Counted from the stretch's first letter, positions 40,036 through 52,745 are shown. The stretch is 64,000 nt of DNA from Callorhinchus milii (GCF_018977255.1 NW_024704743.1:66838001-66902000); one strand, 5' to 3'. Notes: a model not told the origin generated them from the sequence alone. A program made the numbers and translations.

Positions 40036-40636
40036 ATGTCCTTTCTAACCCACATCCGTGCCAGGACCCGCACTGCCTTCCCCCACCTCCACAACATCGG
40101 CCGGCTCCGCCACTGCCTCTCCCCTCAGGCCGCTGAAACCCTGATCCACACATTTATTACATCTAGGCTCAACAAGGACAAATCCCTGCTTTTTGACTTC
40201 CCAACTCTTCTCTCCACAAGCTGCAGATCATCCAGATCATAGCTTGTGTCCTCTCCCACACCAGGCTCCATGACCCTATCAACCCCACACTCGCCCAGCT
40301 TCCCTGGATTCCCATTCCCCAGAGGATAGAGTTATAAATCCTCATCCTCACCTTCAAAGACATCCACTTCCTTGCTCCTTCCTAAGTCCTTGACCTGCTG
40401 GCGCCACATCGACCATCCCACAGTCACTTTTTCTTGCTCCCTCCCTTGCCTTTTTCAAGTCACGTCTCAAGACCCTCCTGTTCGACCGCGCTTTCAGCCA
40501 CCATCCTACCCCTAGCCTCCCTGCCTCCACTCCCCACTGATCCCAATTCCCTGCTCGGGTCCAAATCCCTGACTGTCCAGCACCTTGACATCCTCCCGAC
40601 ATGAAAGGCGCTATACAAATATAATTTGTTGTTGTA
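40036..40636 (+). mobile_element. L2 3' fragment with tail
   Basis: HLHNIGRLRHCLSPQAAETLIHTFITSRL; tail gtccagcaccttgacatcctcccgacatgaaaggcgctatacaaat-(TTG)n. Confidence 0.9.
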
Positions 40637-40794
40637 GTAACACACATCCAATGACCCCAATCCACAACTCATATTTATGAGGACTCAGAGGTGGAAATTA
40701 CACACTGCAATATTTTATCTAACATTTCTCCCTGTCAATAACTTAATAACTCATGTTATTTATTCAAAAGATCCAGCTCATTTAGAATTCTGCC

Positions 40795-41162
40795 GCCACA
40801 TACTGACCAAACTCCATACCCACATCTCACCATTTCTAGCCAGGCTCCACTGGCTCCCCATCATTGAATGGATCGACTTCAAGATCCTCACTCTCGTGTT
40901 CAAATCCATTCACTCTCTGACCTCCCCAAACCACCACCAGGCTCCTCCGCTTGTCCCTCGTACAATCCGCCCCACCATTGAAGGTCATGCTATCAGCCAC
41001 TTCGCGCTGAAACCTCTGGAACACTCTTCCTCAATCCCTACACCTTGCCCTTTCTCTCCCCTGTTTCAAGTCGGACTTACGGCCACCTTTCCCCACCCCA
41101 CCCCCCACCGGCTCTGAGATGCTACCCTGCATAGAGGGTGCTATATAAGTGCAAGTTGTTGT
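40795..41162 (+). mobile_element. L2 3' fragment (second tail type)
   Basis: HISPFLARLHWLPIIEWIDFKILTL; tail gctctgagatgctaccctgcatagagggtgctatataagtgcaagttg. Confidence 0.85.
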
Positions 41163-41331
41163 ATTTTGGAGAAAAAAATCCTCCAAAATAAATTATAAAA
41201 AATAATAATTTTGTCACTTAATACACAACTGTTTGTGCGACACTGTTGTGTGCAATTGGCTGCCATGTTTCACCCACAAAATATACAGTCAACCTATTCT
41301 GTGAAGCGGTTTGAGACATCTCAACGACATG

Positions 41332-41658
41332 ATAATAATAATAATAATAATCCTTGCATTTGATATAGCGCTTTTCACGTCGGGAGGACATCCCAAAGCG
41401 CTTCACAGAACACACTGTAAAGTGAATTGACTGTATATTTGTGGGCGAACACGGCAGCCAATTGCGCACAGCAATGTCCCACAAACAGTTGTAGATTGAA
41501 AATGACCAATTTATTATTGTTTTTGGTTTTGGAGGGATTATTATTAGGCGTGTGGAGTAAGGAAACTTCCCCAAGGTTTCGCCCTGACCTGCCTGGAATT
41601 GAACTCAGGTCTCTCGCTTGCAAAGCGAGTGCTCTAACCACTGAGCTACAGGACTCCA
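41332..41658 (-). mobile_element. Composite tRNA SINE, short form, inserted in an oppositely oriented SINE 3' half
   Basis: Full copy; the host plus-strand SINE runs 41205-41331 and its tail resumes at ~41675-41714. Confidence 0.9.
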
Positions 41659-41717
41659 ACAAAGGAGTTATAAGACGTTATAAGGCGTTATATCAAATGC
41701 AAGGATTATTATTAATG

Positions 41718-42320
41718 TGTAAGCTGGCTCAGTGGTAGCATTCACGTCTCTGAGTCAGAAGGTTGTGGGTTCAAGCCCCATGTCGGAACTTGGAATCACA
41801 TAGTCTAAGCCAGGGCGGTCCAACCTTCTGACTGCTGTGGACCGGATGCCCTATTTGAGAAATGTCAGCAATGTATTTGTGTTTCCCTTCCAGAAACTTA
41901 ACATAACATTGTTGGGTTTATGGAGGGAGCTGTTGGGCCAGATGTAATGGAGGGAGGGACAGGGGGGGTGCAGTTAGACCACCCTGGTCTAAACTGACAC
42001 TTTGGTACAGTGCGGGGGATGTGTTGCATTGTCAGAGATGTCATTCTTCAGATGAGATGTTAGACCTGCTCATTCAGGTGGATGTTAAAGATCCCATTGC
42101 ATTATTTGAAAAGAGAAGGGAGTTTCTGCTGGCGTCATGGCCAACAATCCCACAAATGATTTGGTCACTCATTCCAGGGGTCTTTATGGGAACTAGCTGC
42201 CATGTTTCACCCACAAAATATTGTCAATTCACTTTACAGTATCTGCTGTGAACCGCTTAAAGATTTCTCATCAATGTGAATAAGGCATTATAAGAAACGT
42301 AAGGATTATTATTAATAATA
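41718..42320 (+). mobile_element. SacSINE1-like DeuSINE interrupted by a hAT MITE
   Basis: Head tggctcagtggtagc...tctgagtcagaaggttgtgggttcaagcccc; body resumes ctgacac at 41994. Confidence 0.85.
41811..41986. mobile_element. hAT (Charlie-like) non-autonomous MITE, 176 bp
   Basis: TIRs CAGGGCGGTCCAAC / GTTAGACCACCCTG; 8-bp TSD GTCTAAGC / GTCTAAAC. Confidence 0.85.
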
Positions 42321-42449
42321 ATAGACAGAGGTCCTGTCTGCTTGAGCTGGATTTAATGGGCTCTGATTTGCTGTTGGGGTGTTTCCTAATGAGACTGAGG
42401 ATTAAACAATTCAATTTGTGCAAATTGGAGCTTCTTCTGTTGGAATGCT

Positions 42450-42840
42450 AGTTTGACTCAATTGGTAGCACTTTCACCTCTGGGTCAGAAGGTTGTTGGC
42501 TCAAGTCTCATGTTGGGAACTTTGAGTTTACGGTCTGAGCTAATACCCCAAGGTACTGAAGGAACTCTGCATTGTTCACAGTACTGTCCTTCAGATGAGC
42601 CAATAAACAGAGGTCCTGTCTGCTTGTTCAGGTGGACATTAAAAAATCCTCATTACTATTTAAAACGAAAATAGTTACTGCTGGTGTCTGGCCAAAAATC
42701 TCATTCATTCACCACCTGGCTGTTTTGCAACAATTGGCTGCCACATTCATCTACAAATGCACAGACACTTAGCAGAAATTACTGAAAAGTGCTTTTTAAT
42801 GTTTAGGTGCTATATCAAATGCAAGAATTATTTTTATTAT
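42450..42840 (+). mobile_element. SacSINE1-like DeuSINE
   Basis: Head, body and tail recognisable. Confidence 0.8.
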
Positions 42841-43309
42841 AAATGTGTTCAACATAGCAAATGAATAACTGAAGACTCTCTATAACTAATGTTTGGCTGC
42901 AGGTATTACCCCACGCCTCAACTCAATCATAACAGTTGTGTCTGAAGCCTATCAAATCCATGGATTGGACTGCCAGCAAGTGTATTGCAGTATTAATGTT
43001 TGATCACAGAATACCCAGCCTTAGTTAGTTTTGAAACCAATATCCCATGAACCAGTGTTCTAATGTGCAAGCTAGAAATTCAATATGGGGCTACACTGTG
43101 ACTAAGTTGGGGGAAAGGGTCACACGCACAAAGCAGTTGATGTTTTTAGTTATTGACTGACTGTTTCAGCTGCATTTCTCAATGGTGTAAGAATTAATAT
43201 TAGTGATAATCAACATATCGCAGGATACAAAATTCACCCCGTTGCATTATGAGACTCAATCTAATATCATATAATTAATTGCAAATTAGTTGTAAATAGT
43301 CTGTTTGCA

Positions 43310-43612
43310 TGTCCGTATCCAGGGCACACAAGTATAAGGTAGAGACTAGAAATGATCTAAAAAATAATTTAGGAGGAACTTCTTCACCACAGAGGATAGT
43401 GAGAATATGGAACATGCTGCCTCAAGCAATGGATAAAGCAGAGAGTATAGATGCATTTAAGAGGAATCTAGAAATACACATGAGGGAGAAGAGAGGGGTA
43501 CAGGAGGCAGTAAGGAGTGAATAAAGACTCCCGTGGAGCATGGAAACTAGCAGAGACTAGTTGTGCCAAATGACCTGTATCTATGGTATACAGTCTTAAG
43601 TAAATCTATGTA
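43310..43612 (+). mobile_element. CR1 3' end fragment
   Basis: QRIVRIWNMLPQ...AESIDAFKRNLEIHMREK plus tail. Confidence 0.85.
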
Positions 43613-44859
43613 AAATCCTGAATCTAACCACCTCTGCTGATGTTATCTGAGACCACACAAAGAGCCCTCTAATAAAACGTCTAATCCACATTGCAGTGAA
43701 AGAGTTAGAAAGTCAAAACCTCAGTACATTTAGATAAAAACAATATGAACCAAATTCTCAATACAGTCCATGTCTGGCGTAGAAGATGCGAGATTGGGCA
43801 CTTACCCAGAGAAAAGAAACACACTCGTGGGAACACTGGGACTATAACTCCATTGAAGATGCTGTTTTACTAGCTTTGAGCTTCAGAGTAGTTGTGAAAA
43901 TGTGGGAAAATTTACTAAGGGGGCTTTGAAGTCAACATCAGACAAGTTTTCTTTGGAGCGATACCAAGCTACGTGAGTCAAGCACATATAACTATTACTT
44001 TCAAGATAATAAAAATAATGGTTCTGTCACATCTAGATTGTTTTGTTCATTTCCACTGCAACATTTCTCATTTTTAAATGGATTTTGTTTTAAAATACTC
44101 AATGGAAAATTGAAAGATTTCTCAATGCATTCACCAAAGTTAGTGAATAATATTAGTCCATTGTGCTTGCATTATTTGTCCTTTAAAGTTCCACATTTCA
44201 ATAATTGACAACTCAAATAGGCTGCCAGGAAGGGTAATTGAGGCCAAGGCACTGTCTCTTTTAAAATACAAGTTTGGTGCTGTGATAGGAGGATGGTAGG
44301 GTGAATATACTGGAAGATGAAGCCAAACTAATCTTGGGATCTTGTGAATATTTGCAACTACAATTGATATGCTTTCTGATACACTACTGATTACTTTCCA
44401 TTCTACACCCACTCCAAGTTTGTACTTGTATTTATATAACATCCCAAGCATTCACCAAGAAAACATACTGTGAAGTACTTTGGGATGCCTTCCCGATCTG
44501 AAAGACATTACACCGAAATGTAAGGTTGTTATCATTATCTGTGTAATCCAATGATACTAGAAAGATGATGATGGTCATAACCTTAATGCTAATAAGGACA
44601 CCACTGCAAAACAAAGAGGAAAAAGGTTATCGCATTAACCCTTACAGTGTCAGTAAAAAATCTGGCATACTTTTGTAACATTTTGCAATAACAATTAAAA
44701 TCTTAATTTGGGTTGTAGTGACCAGATTGATAGCTTACAGTTGCCAGCCTGGCTCTGTTTGTAGTGTTTTCATCTTAGGGTCAGAAGATTATGGGTTGAA
44801 GCCTTTGAGCTTCTAGGTTGAGATTCAATTGCAGTTATAGGAAAGTTTTATACAGTGTG

Positions 44860-45180
44860 TTCAGCGGACTTCTGCCTGCTCCGTGTCACCTGCCCGGCCT
44901 GCCCCACCATCAGTGGTCAGGCCTTCAGCCTCTCTGCCACGACCCATTGGAACTTCATCCCACAGTCCCTTTGCCTCGCTCCCTCCCTTCTCCTTCAAGG
45001 CCCATCTAATGACCCACCTCTTCGATCAAGCCTTTGGTTACCCTCCTACCCCTCCCTCCCTGCCCTGCACCCCTCTTGATCCCAACCTCTCACTCAGGTC
45101 CAAATTCTTGACTGTCCAGCACCTTGGAACATCTTTCCGACGTGAAAGGCACTATAAAAATGTAATTTGTTATTGTTGTT
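44860..45180 (+). mobile_element. L2 3' end inserted in a SacSINE-like element (44745-45365)
   Basis: LLRVTCPACPTISGQAFSLSA..WN; tail plus (TTG)n; SINE head upstream and SINE body downstream. Confidence 0.85.
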
Positions 45181-45924
45181 AAAGGTTGAGACATTAAAAT
45201 GAATTTCTGTCTGCCAATCAAGTGGACTTTTTGACACAAATCAAAAAAAAGAAAAGAGCTTCACCCAGTATCTTAGCCAATAATTTTCCGGATGAATTTA
45301 GTCATTGGTTCATTGCTGTGCACAAATTAGCAAAGTCACTACACAGCCCTGTGAAGTGTTTTGTTGTCATAAGCACTGCATTGATAAACGCAAATAAATT
45401 GCATCTACATAGCCCCTTTCAGATCAGGAGGACGTCCCAAGCTGCTGAGATCCTTCAAATGCAGGGATCATTATTATTCTTAAAATGCTTAATAATTGAA
45501 GTTGAAACTCCAGTCCTCAGATAGAGTCAAAAATGTTCCGTGTTATTTGGCATGAGAGTAGAGATGCAGCTGAAGACAGATATCTTGTACATTGGAATTT
45601 TGTGGTTGCTGCGAACACAGAAACAAACAGGAAATACATTGAGGCAGCGGAAAACAAGAGTTAAGAGAGAGAGATAAATAATAATCCTTGCATTTGATAT
45701 AGCACTTTTCACATTGAGAGGATGTCTCAAAGCACATCACAAGATTTACTGTAACATGCTGTGACGATGTATTTTGCAGATAAGTTTTTAGATATTAATG
45801 AGGAGTGGAGATTTAGTGATTGCAGACATAGTTACAAAATATCTACAGTTGAAAATAGACTATCCCCAAATATGGTTTCTGGCCATCAGTATATTCAATA
45901 AACAGTATTCTTGTTCTTGTAGGG

Positions 45925-46530
45925 TAGGTCTCAAAGTGCTTAACAATGGCGGAGCTTGATCCTGAGTCAGGGAGAGAGGGAAGGTGACCATAGGCACAGT
46001 CGAAGAAGTTCTTCAGGTGCTAATTTGAAGATGGGCAAAGAGGGGGCAAAGCTAAGAGATTGAGACCAAGAGTTGATATGATTTCAGCTGTGGTGGTTGT
46101 GACATATGGATAGAGATGGGCAATATGGCAGAAGTAGATGCAATATGGTCATACATCAGATGTGGGAGGAAGGACGGTTAGGAATCACACCTGATTACAC
46201 GCAGGTTCAGTGAATCTGAAGGAAAGGCCAAGAAGGTTAAGGAAGTCAGAGCCATAGGTAAGAAGAAATTTAACAGGAGCCAAGGAGTACAGCTCCTATT
46301 TTATCAACAATCAGCTGCAGAAAGTTGGAGCTCATACAGGCATTGATATCTGAAAAACAAGAGGATAGAACATCAGTGGACCTGGTTCGTGGCTGGAAGA
46401 GAAAAAATAGATTTGGGTGTCATCCACATACATGTGGAAGTTGACCCCACGTCTGTGAAAGACATCACTAAGAGGCAGCATGTAAATGAGGAAAAGGAGG
46501 GGACCAAGGATGTTAGGGAGCACCACAGGT
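45925..46530 (-). mobile_element. Old L2 RT fragment
   Basis: ILGPLLFLIYMLPLSDVFHRRGVNFHMYVDDTQIY. Confidence 0.8.
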
Positions 46531-46825
46531 ACTTTACTACTTGGATAATGAGTCAGTTTGGCTAGTTTGATTTTATGCATCTTAGGAGTAATGTTGGGAG
46601 TTCTCACGGTGTCCTGGCCAACAATTCCCCTCATAACATTGGTCTTTCACTTCATTGCTGCTTGTGAGACATTGGTGTATGCAATTTCATCCACAAAATA
46701 CACAGTCACTCCATTTTATACTACATCTGAGATGTCCTTCTAACTTGAAAGGCACTATATCAAATGTAAGGAATTATTAATATTTAAACATGGGGAAGGG
46801 GTTCATTCTAAAATTTGCATACCAT

Positions 46826-47864
46826 GTACACTATTGCTGCCGGTGAAATTTTTCATGCCTAGTTGATCGCCAAAAGCCTTTGCCTCCTCAATAATAATAA
46901 TAACCCTTGTATTTGATATAGAGCCTTATCATTTCTTCGAGGCGTCTCAAAGCGCTTCACAGAATATACTGTAAAGTGAATTGACTATATAATTTGTGGA
47001 TGAAACGCAGCAGCCAATTGCGCACAGCAGTGTCCCACAAACAGTCTTGGATTAAGTGACCAATTTTTTTTGGAAGGAATTATAACCCCGGAAAAGCGAT
47101 CCACCAATCGACTAAGAACCAGGGTCCTACTTACTGCCGGTTGAACAGAGATATGTGGGGTAATGAAAATTTCCCAGAATCTCACCCTGCCGGGAATCAA
47201 ACCCAGGTGTCTCGCTTGTGAGGCGAATGCTCTAACTACTGAGCTACAGCACTCCACAATGTGATGATCATGTCACAATCAGTTGTGATGGTGTGATTTT
47301 TGGGGAGTGTTTCATTAAACCACGTAGCTAATGCGTCTTCAACATTTTCATATTTTGTATTTTTCTTTTCTTTATCTGCAACATATATGTCTCTGCTTTG
47401 TGCTCAGCCATTATGGGTGCCGCAGATTTCAACCTACCATGTAGAGTGTTGTGCTTCACAGAGACTGTTTCACATACTTCTTTTCTGGACTTTTCACTCT
47501 CAGATGCTTTGAACGTGTGAATTTTATTCTCCAGGCATTTTAAAATCAAGTTTCCGTTTCATTCCAGTCGTGGTATCCATCGGTGAAGAATGGTCAAGAG
47601 GACAGCCTGCAATGGCACTCACAATACGGCTACTTTATACACTGAACTAGCCTAACATATGCAATCACTCTCGAGCAATACCTCAAGCACCTACTAACCA
47701 CACTCACCCAATTATTCTCTCACTTACTCATTGACTCAAGTGTCACACATGAGGATAAGGGCCTGTCGACATGATTGGTAATGATGCAATGTATGTTGTT
47801 CTGATAAATTGTCGACATAAGCATGCCGAAGTTTATGCTGATGTCAATTTAGTGTGTTCCTATG
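46826..47864 (-). mobile_element. pogo/Tigger-like DNA transposon fossil (5' end + CENP-B-type DNA-binding region), split by a SINE
   Basis: Frameshifted M..MKRK / LENKIH..ESEKSRKEVCE...KHNTLHG.LK / KYENVEDALATWFNE (47580-47300), continuing EEAKAFGDQLGMKNFTGSN at 46830-46890; TA|CATAGGAAC..TAAATTGAC TIR-like end at 47864. Confidence 0.75.
46890..47257 (-). mobile_element. Composite tRNA SINE, long form, full length
   Basis: Head, long internal segment, Deu segment and (TTA)n tail. Confidence 0.9.
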
Positions 47865-48385
47865 TAAAGAAGGGAACAGGCCTGCAATGTTTTTTCAACA
47901 TCAGCAGGATGTCAATACAAACGAGTTCAAGATAAGTGGGTAGGATTGTAACACAATTCATGTAAGATCTGAATAACATTGTGTCTCCAACAATGTGGTA
48001 CTCTACTTTAGGATCCAAGGTTTCCCCTGCCTTGTTTAAAGGGATTTGGGATTGTTTATGTTTACGATACCATCACCTCATAACTACACTTTTTGCAGCA
48101 GTTCAGCTCCCAGGGGGACACCAGACCAACACAAACAAAAGTATAAGATGGAAAGCAAAATAACAAGTGTTATGGGATCATGGTCAAGGTGAGAAGTGCT
48201 ACAACAGCAACAACAACTTGCACTTATATAGCGCCCTCCACGCAGGACAGTGTCTCAGAGCACTTAACAATGGTGGAGCCTGACTCCGAGCTAGATACCA
48301 CAGCAGCTCTATTTCTGTGCTGGCAAAAGTTCAATTGAAGTGTTACATTTCAGGAATGTACTAAAAGGAATGAGTGAATGAGCTC

Positions 48386-48598
48386 CTAATAATAATCCCT
48401 CCAAAACAAATCAATAATAAATTGGTCATTTTCAATCTACGACTGTTTGTGGGACACTGCTGTGCGCAATTGGCTACCGCGTTTCACCCATAAAAATACA
48501 GTCAATTCACTTTACAGTATATTCTGTGAAGCGCTTTGAGACGTCGAGAAGACATGAAAAGCACTATATCAAATGCAAGGATTATTATTATTTATTAT
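48386..48598 (+). mobile_element. Composite SINE, 5'-truncated
   Basis: Begins at the internal cctaataataatccctcc and runs to the (TTA)n tail. Confidence 0.88.
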
Positions 48599-48960
48599 AA
48601 TGTATTTGGTTGTATTGTTATTTTGTGCTGTACAATTGACTGATGTATTTTTGGCAGGCATTGTAGTCTGTAATTATATTGTTCAATTAAAATATATTCT
48701 GAATATATGTCTAACTGATTTTTGTTGGATCATATACATTATAGCAAAGATCTATTTCATCATCTAAAAGATCATCCTTTGCCCATCTCTCACCTTCACC
48801 ATATGTCTTTTGCTCTACGTCAGAAGCTCTGCTATCTATCACACTTAATTTGTTGTGCATTTGCTTTCTCTCTGTTCTTTGATTTCCATTATTTTTGACT
48901 GATTTAAAACTATTAACTCGTATTCTAGTTAAACAAGTTATGACCCATTGTGCCTAGTAT

Positions 48961-49320
48961 CAAAAACAAATTGCATTTATATTACATCTATCTTGTTGGA
49001 AGAATGTCCCAAGGCACTGGGCAGTTGAGGGTTTGCACCCGAGCTGAGGATTAGATTCAGGAGGGGTGGGGTCCAAGGAGGGTGGGAAGATAACTGAAGG
49101 CTTGGTCAAAGAGGAAGGAGGCAAGGGAAGGGGCGAGATGAAGGGATTCTTGTAATGGAGTTCCAGAGAGAGGCTGAAGAGCCAACTGCTGATGGTGGGA
49201 GAGGCAGGGTAGGGAACTTGAAGCAAGCTGTGCATGCCAAGTGGAAGGAGAGTGGGTTTGTAGCATATTAGAAGGTCACAGAGGTAGGATGGGGAAAGAC
49301 AATGACAATTAAAGCAATGG
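48961..49320 (-). mobile_element. Old L2 3' fragment
   Basis: LSPSYLCDLL...LLQVPYPASPTI; L2 tail. Confidence 0.75.
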
Positions 49321-49511
49321 CACAGGAACATATCTGAGTCACGAGCAAATCAATGCTATTTTTGTATGTCTGTAACTGCTGAAGTGGTCTTTCCCACCTT
49401 GCACAAGAGAGATGAGGTCATGCTTCATAACAGTGACTGTTCTTATATGTTTGACCATAAGTTTCTCTCTGCCTTTCTCTCTCAATCTTGTCTGTCCGCC
49501 TCTCCACAATG

Positions 49512-49950
49512 TGTCAGCCTGGCTCAGTTGGTAGCCCTCTCACCTCTGAGTCAGAAGGTTGTGGGTTCAAACCCATCGTCAGGACTTTGAATGAACACAG
49601 TCTAGGTTGACACTCCAATCCATTGCAGGGAGAGGATGGGGTGGCAGGTGCATTGTTGGAGATGCCGTTCTGGAAGAGACATTGAACTGAGATCTCGTCT
49701 GCTTGTTCAGGTGGATGTAAACGATGCCATGGCACGATTCAAAAAGACAAAGGAGTTTATCCTGGTGTCCAGCCAACAATCCCCCAAATAAAATTAATAA
49801 TTCAGGTCATGGCTGTTCGTGGGATCATGTTTGCAAATGAGCTGCTATGTTGGCCTAAAAACACACAACCATTACACTTTATCCTGTGAAGCACTTTATG
49901 ATGCCCTTCTGACTTGAAAGGCAGTATATCAAATGCAAAGATTATTTTTA
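49512..49950 (+). mobile_element. SacSINE1-like DeuSINE, near full length
   Basis: Clear head, body (caggtggatgtaaacgatgccatggcac...ggtgtccagccaac) and tail. Confidence 0.9.
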
Positions 49951-50400
49951 TCTCTTTTCTGTCTCCCTATGTATCTCACTGTATCTTTGTGTGCATCACT
50001 GTATCTCATCCACTTTCACTCTTTGCTTCTCTCTTTCACTCCCATACTGTCACAGAGAAATCCCCACGTGTAGTTGGTACATACACCTTTCATATTCTCT
50101 TACCTTTCTCTTCCCTCACACTCTTTGCCCACCCTCCTATTTCTCTCACACGCCTCACTATATCTTCGTCTTCTACCTCTCTCGCTTCCCTTGTTTTCTA
50201 TCTCTCTTTTATCTCTCCCTCTCCACTTACATCCACACTCGCACTCTTTCACTTTATTCCTTTGGTCTTATATCTTCCTCTCACACACACTCTCGCTTCT
50301 CTCTCCTTCACTCCTGCATTTTTGCCAGTTTTTCTCTTTCCCTTCCCTCATTCTCTATTTTACCTCTCCCTCTTCCCATTCACATCCACACTCACTTAAT
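49950..50400. repeat. CT-rich (polypyrimidine) low-complexity tract
   Basis: ~450 bp with very few G on the + strand; degenerate (CT)n/(CA)n. Confidence 0.85.
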
Positions 50401-50637
50401 CAGCTTATCTCCCTACTGCTCTGACCTGCTTACCCCCAACCCACAACCCACTGCCTCAGCTTGACTGGCTCCGGTCTTCTGCATGTCCCTTGTGCCCTCT
50501 GTTCCACCACTGGTGGCCACCCTTTCAGCCACTATGCAACCGAAACTCTGGAACACTCTTCCTCTATCGTTCAGCCTTGGCCCTTCCTTCCCCATCTTCA
50601 AGTCGGTTCTGAAGAGTTTCCTATTCGACCGTTCCTA

Positions 50638-51371
50638 CAACAACAACAACAACAACAAGATTCCATTTATAAAGCGCCTTTCACGTCAGGAGGACGTCCC
50701 AAGGCGCTGCACAGTTGGGTCATGACCCGAGCAGGGGGGAAATGGTCAGGGTGAGGGGAGGGAGCGAGGAGGGGGGAAATGGTCAGGGTGAGGGGAGGGA
50801 TGGGAGGGAGCGAGAAGGGGGAAGAGAGTCGAGAGGGGAGCTGAAGGCACAGTCAAAGAGAAAGGTTTTGAGACCGGCCTTGAAGGAGGAAAGTGAGGAG
50901 GCAATGCGAAGGCACTGGGGGATAGAGTTCCAGAGCCTCGGGGCTGAGAGGCTGAAGGCCCGACCACCAATGGTAGGGCGATTGGGGCGGGGGACGTGGA
51001 GCAGACCGGAGCCGGAGGAACGGAGGGTACGGGCAGGTAGGTAGGGGGATAGTAGGTTGGAGAGGTAGGAGGGAGCAAGGCCGTGAATGGCCTTGTAGGT
51101 GAGGATGAGGATCTTGAAATCAATCCTCTGGGGGATGGGGAGCCAGTGGAGGCGAGCGAGGGTGGGAGTGATGTGGTCGCGAAGCCTGGTGCGGGACAGT
51201 ACACGAGCTGCAGAGTTCTGAATGACCTGCAGCTTGTGGAGGGAGGTGGCGGGAAAGCCGACGAGGAGAGAGTTCCCATAGTCCAGCCTTGAGGTGACAA
51301 AGGCGTGAACCAGGGTTTCAGCAGCATGAGGGGTGAGGTAATGGCGTAGTCTGGCGATGTTCCGGAGGTGA
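50638..51371 (-). mobile_element. Young 5'-truncated L2 with an uninterrupted ORF2 C-terminus, nested in an older plus-strand L2 (50410-50637 and 51372-51472)
   Basis: HLRNIARLRHYLTPHAAETLVHAFVTSRLDYGN...QNSAARVL...LHWLPIPQRIDFKIL...WNSIP...FKAGLKTFLF; many CpGs; (CAA)7 tail. Confidence 0.96.
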
Positions 51372-51689
51372 TAGTCATCTATCCCCAGCTTGGCGTTGTG
51401 CTCCACCACTATCAATTGCTCTGGGACGCTACTATACATGAGGGGTGCTATATAAATGCAAGTTGTTGTTATTATCTTGTTACACTCATTCCCTCTTACA
51501 CAACAGCAAAAACAACAACTCTCTCTTATATAATGGAAGAAAGTGAAGAATTATTGGGAGACTGTGGAGAGGAAGCCAGGAAGAGGAATTCCCTTAGCAT
51601 TTGACTGAAAACTAGCGCATTGAATCTGTTATGAAATTTCGCATTACGACACCCGATAATCTGTTAACTAACCTGACCATTTCCAATCT

Positions 51690-52019
51690 AATAATAATAA
51701 TAATAATAATCCTTGCATTTGATATAGCGCTTTTCACGTCGGGAGGACGTCCCAAAGCGCTTCACAGAACACACTGTAAAGTGAATTGACTGTATATTTG
51801 TGGGCGAACGCGGCAGCCAATTGCGCACAGCAATGTCCCACAAACAGTCGTAGATTGAAAATGACCAATTTAATTATTGTTTTTAGTTTTGGAGGGATTA
51901 TTATTAGGCTCTGTGTGGAGTAAGGAAACTTGCCCAAGGTTTCGCCCTCTGACTGGAATTGAACTCAGGTCTCTCACTTGCAAAGCGAGTGCTCTAACCA
52001 CTGAGCTACAGGACTCCAC
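51690..52019 (-). mobile_element. Composite tRNA SINE, short form, young
   Basis: Full length; CpG-rich tail stem gcgctttgggacgtcctcccgacgtgaaaagcgc. Confidence 0.92.
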
Positions 52020-52174
52020 TATCCCTAAATCTATCCCTAAAGACTGGTCACTAAAGGAACCAACACTGCATACCTAAATTTGGCAAAATAGATGGCTTTG
52101 TTGTTGCTCGTAGTCATGGCTGAAGTTGGCAACCAAGTTTCAGCTTTCTATTATAATGCCAAGAAATGGCACTA

Positions 52175-52745
52175 ATTTTTTTTTTGGTGTCTGACACATG
52201 CAGAAACACATCACCATGCTTATAAAGTATCCAAACCAGACTAAGAGTTCCACGTATGCATGCCACCTACACGTGGAAATTTCCCTGTGTCTGGAATAGA
52301 CTGCACATACTCTCCCTGGAGGGATACACCCTGCTTACCTATTTCCAAAGAGTTTTAGGAACAGATTAGCAAGAGTTTGGATTCCAGAATGTGCTTCGGG
52401 GTAATGTTAGAGTTTAGCCAGATAAAACTACATATTGAGAGCACTGTCTGGCAAGCTTCCCATTGCTTGACCAGCTAGGAACCATTCTATTCATTGGAGC
52501 TTTGGTTTGCAGACCTAACAGGAGCTGTGGAAAGAATCTTCCCCTCCAGTTTGGCCTGCCCTTCCAAGTGCTGCCAATATAAGCCAAGTTGCAATGTCTA
52601 GTAGTACTGTGGAACCATCTGACTCAGGAACAGGACTACCATGACTGACAGCCGATTCTTGAGCCAAATGAGTCTGTGGTACTCCAGGGCATTGTTAATG
52701 ACAGAGCAGCCAGTCTGGCTCAAACCACACTGAAACATGTTGGGC
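52175..52745 (-). mobile_element. Unclassified ~600-bp repeat, copy 3 (more diverged)
   Basis: T-run then ggtgtctgacacatgcagaaac..., taacaggagctg, ccttccaagtgctgccaat. Confidence 0.75.

Noticed and set aside
49914..50464. Hydrophobic Leu/Ser/Phe-rich ORFs resembling membrane proteins
   Set aside because: Produced by the CT-rich low-complexity tract, which lacks stop codons
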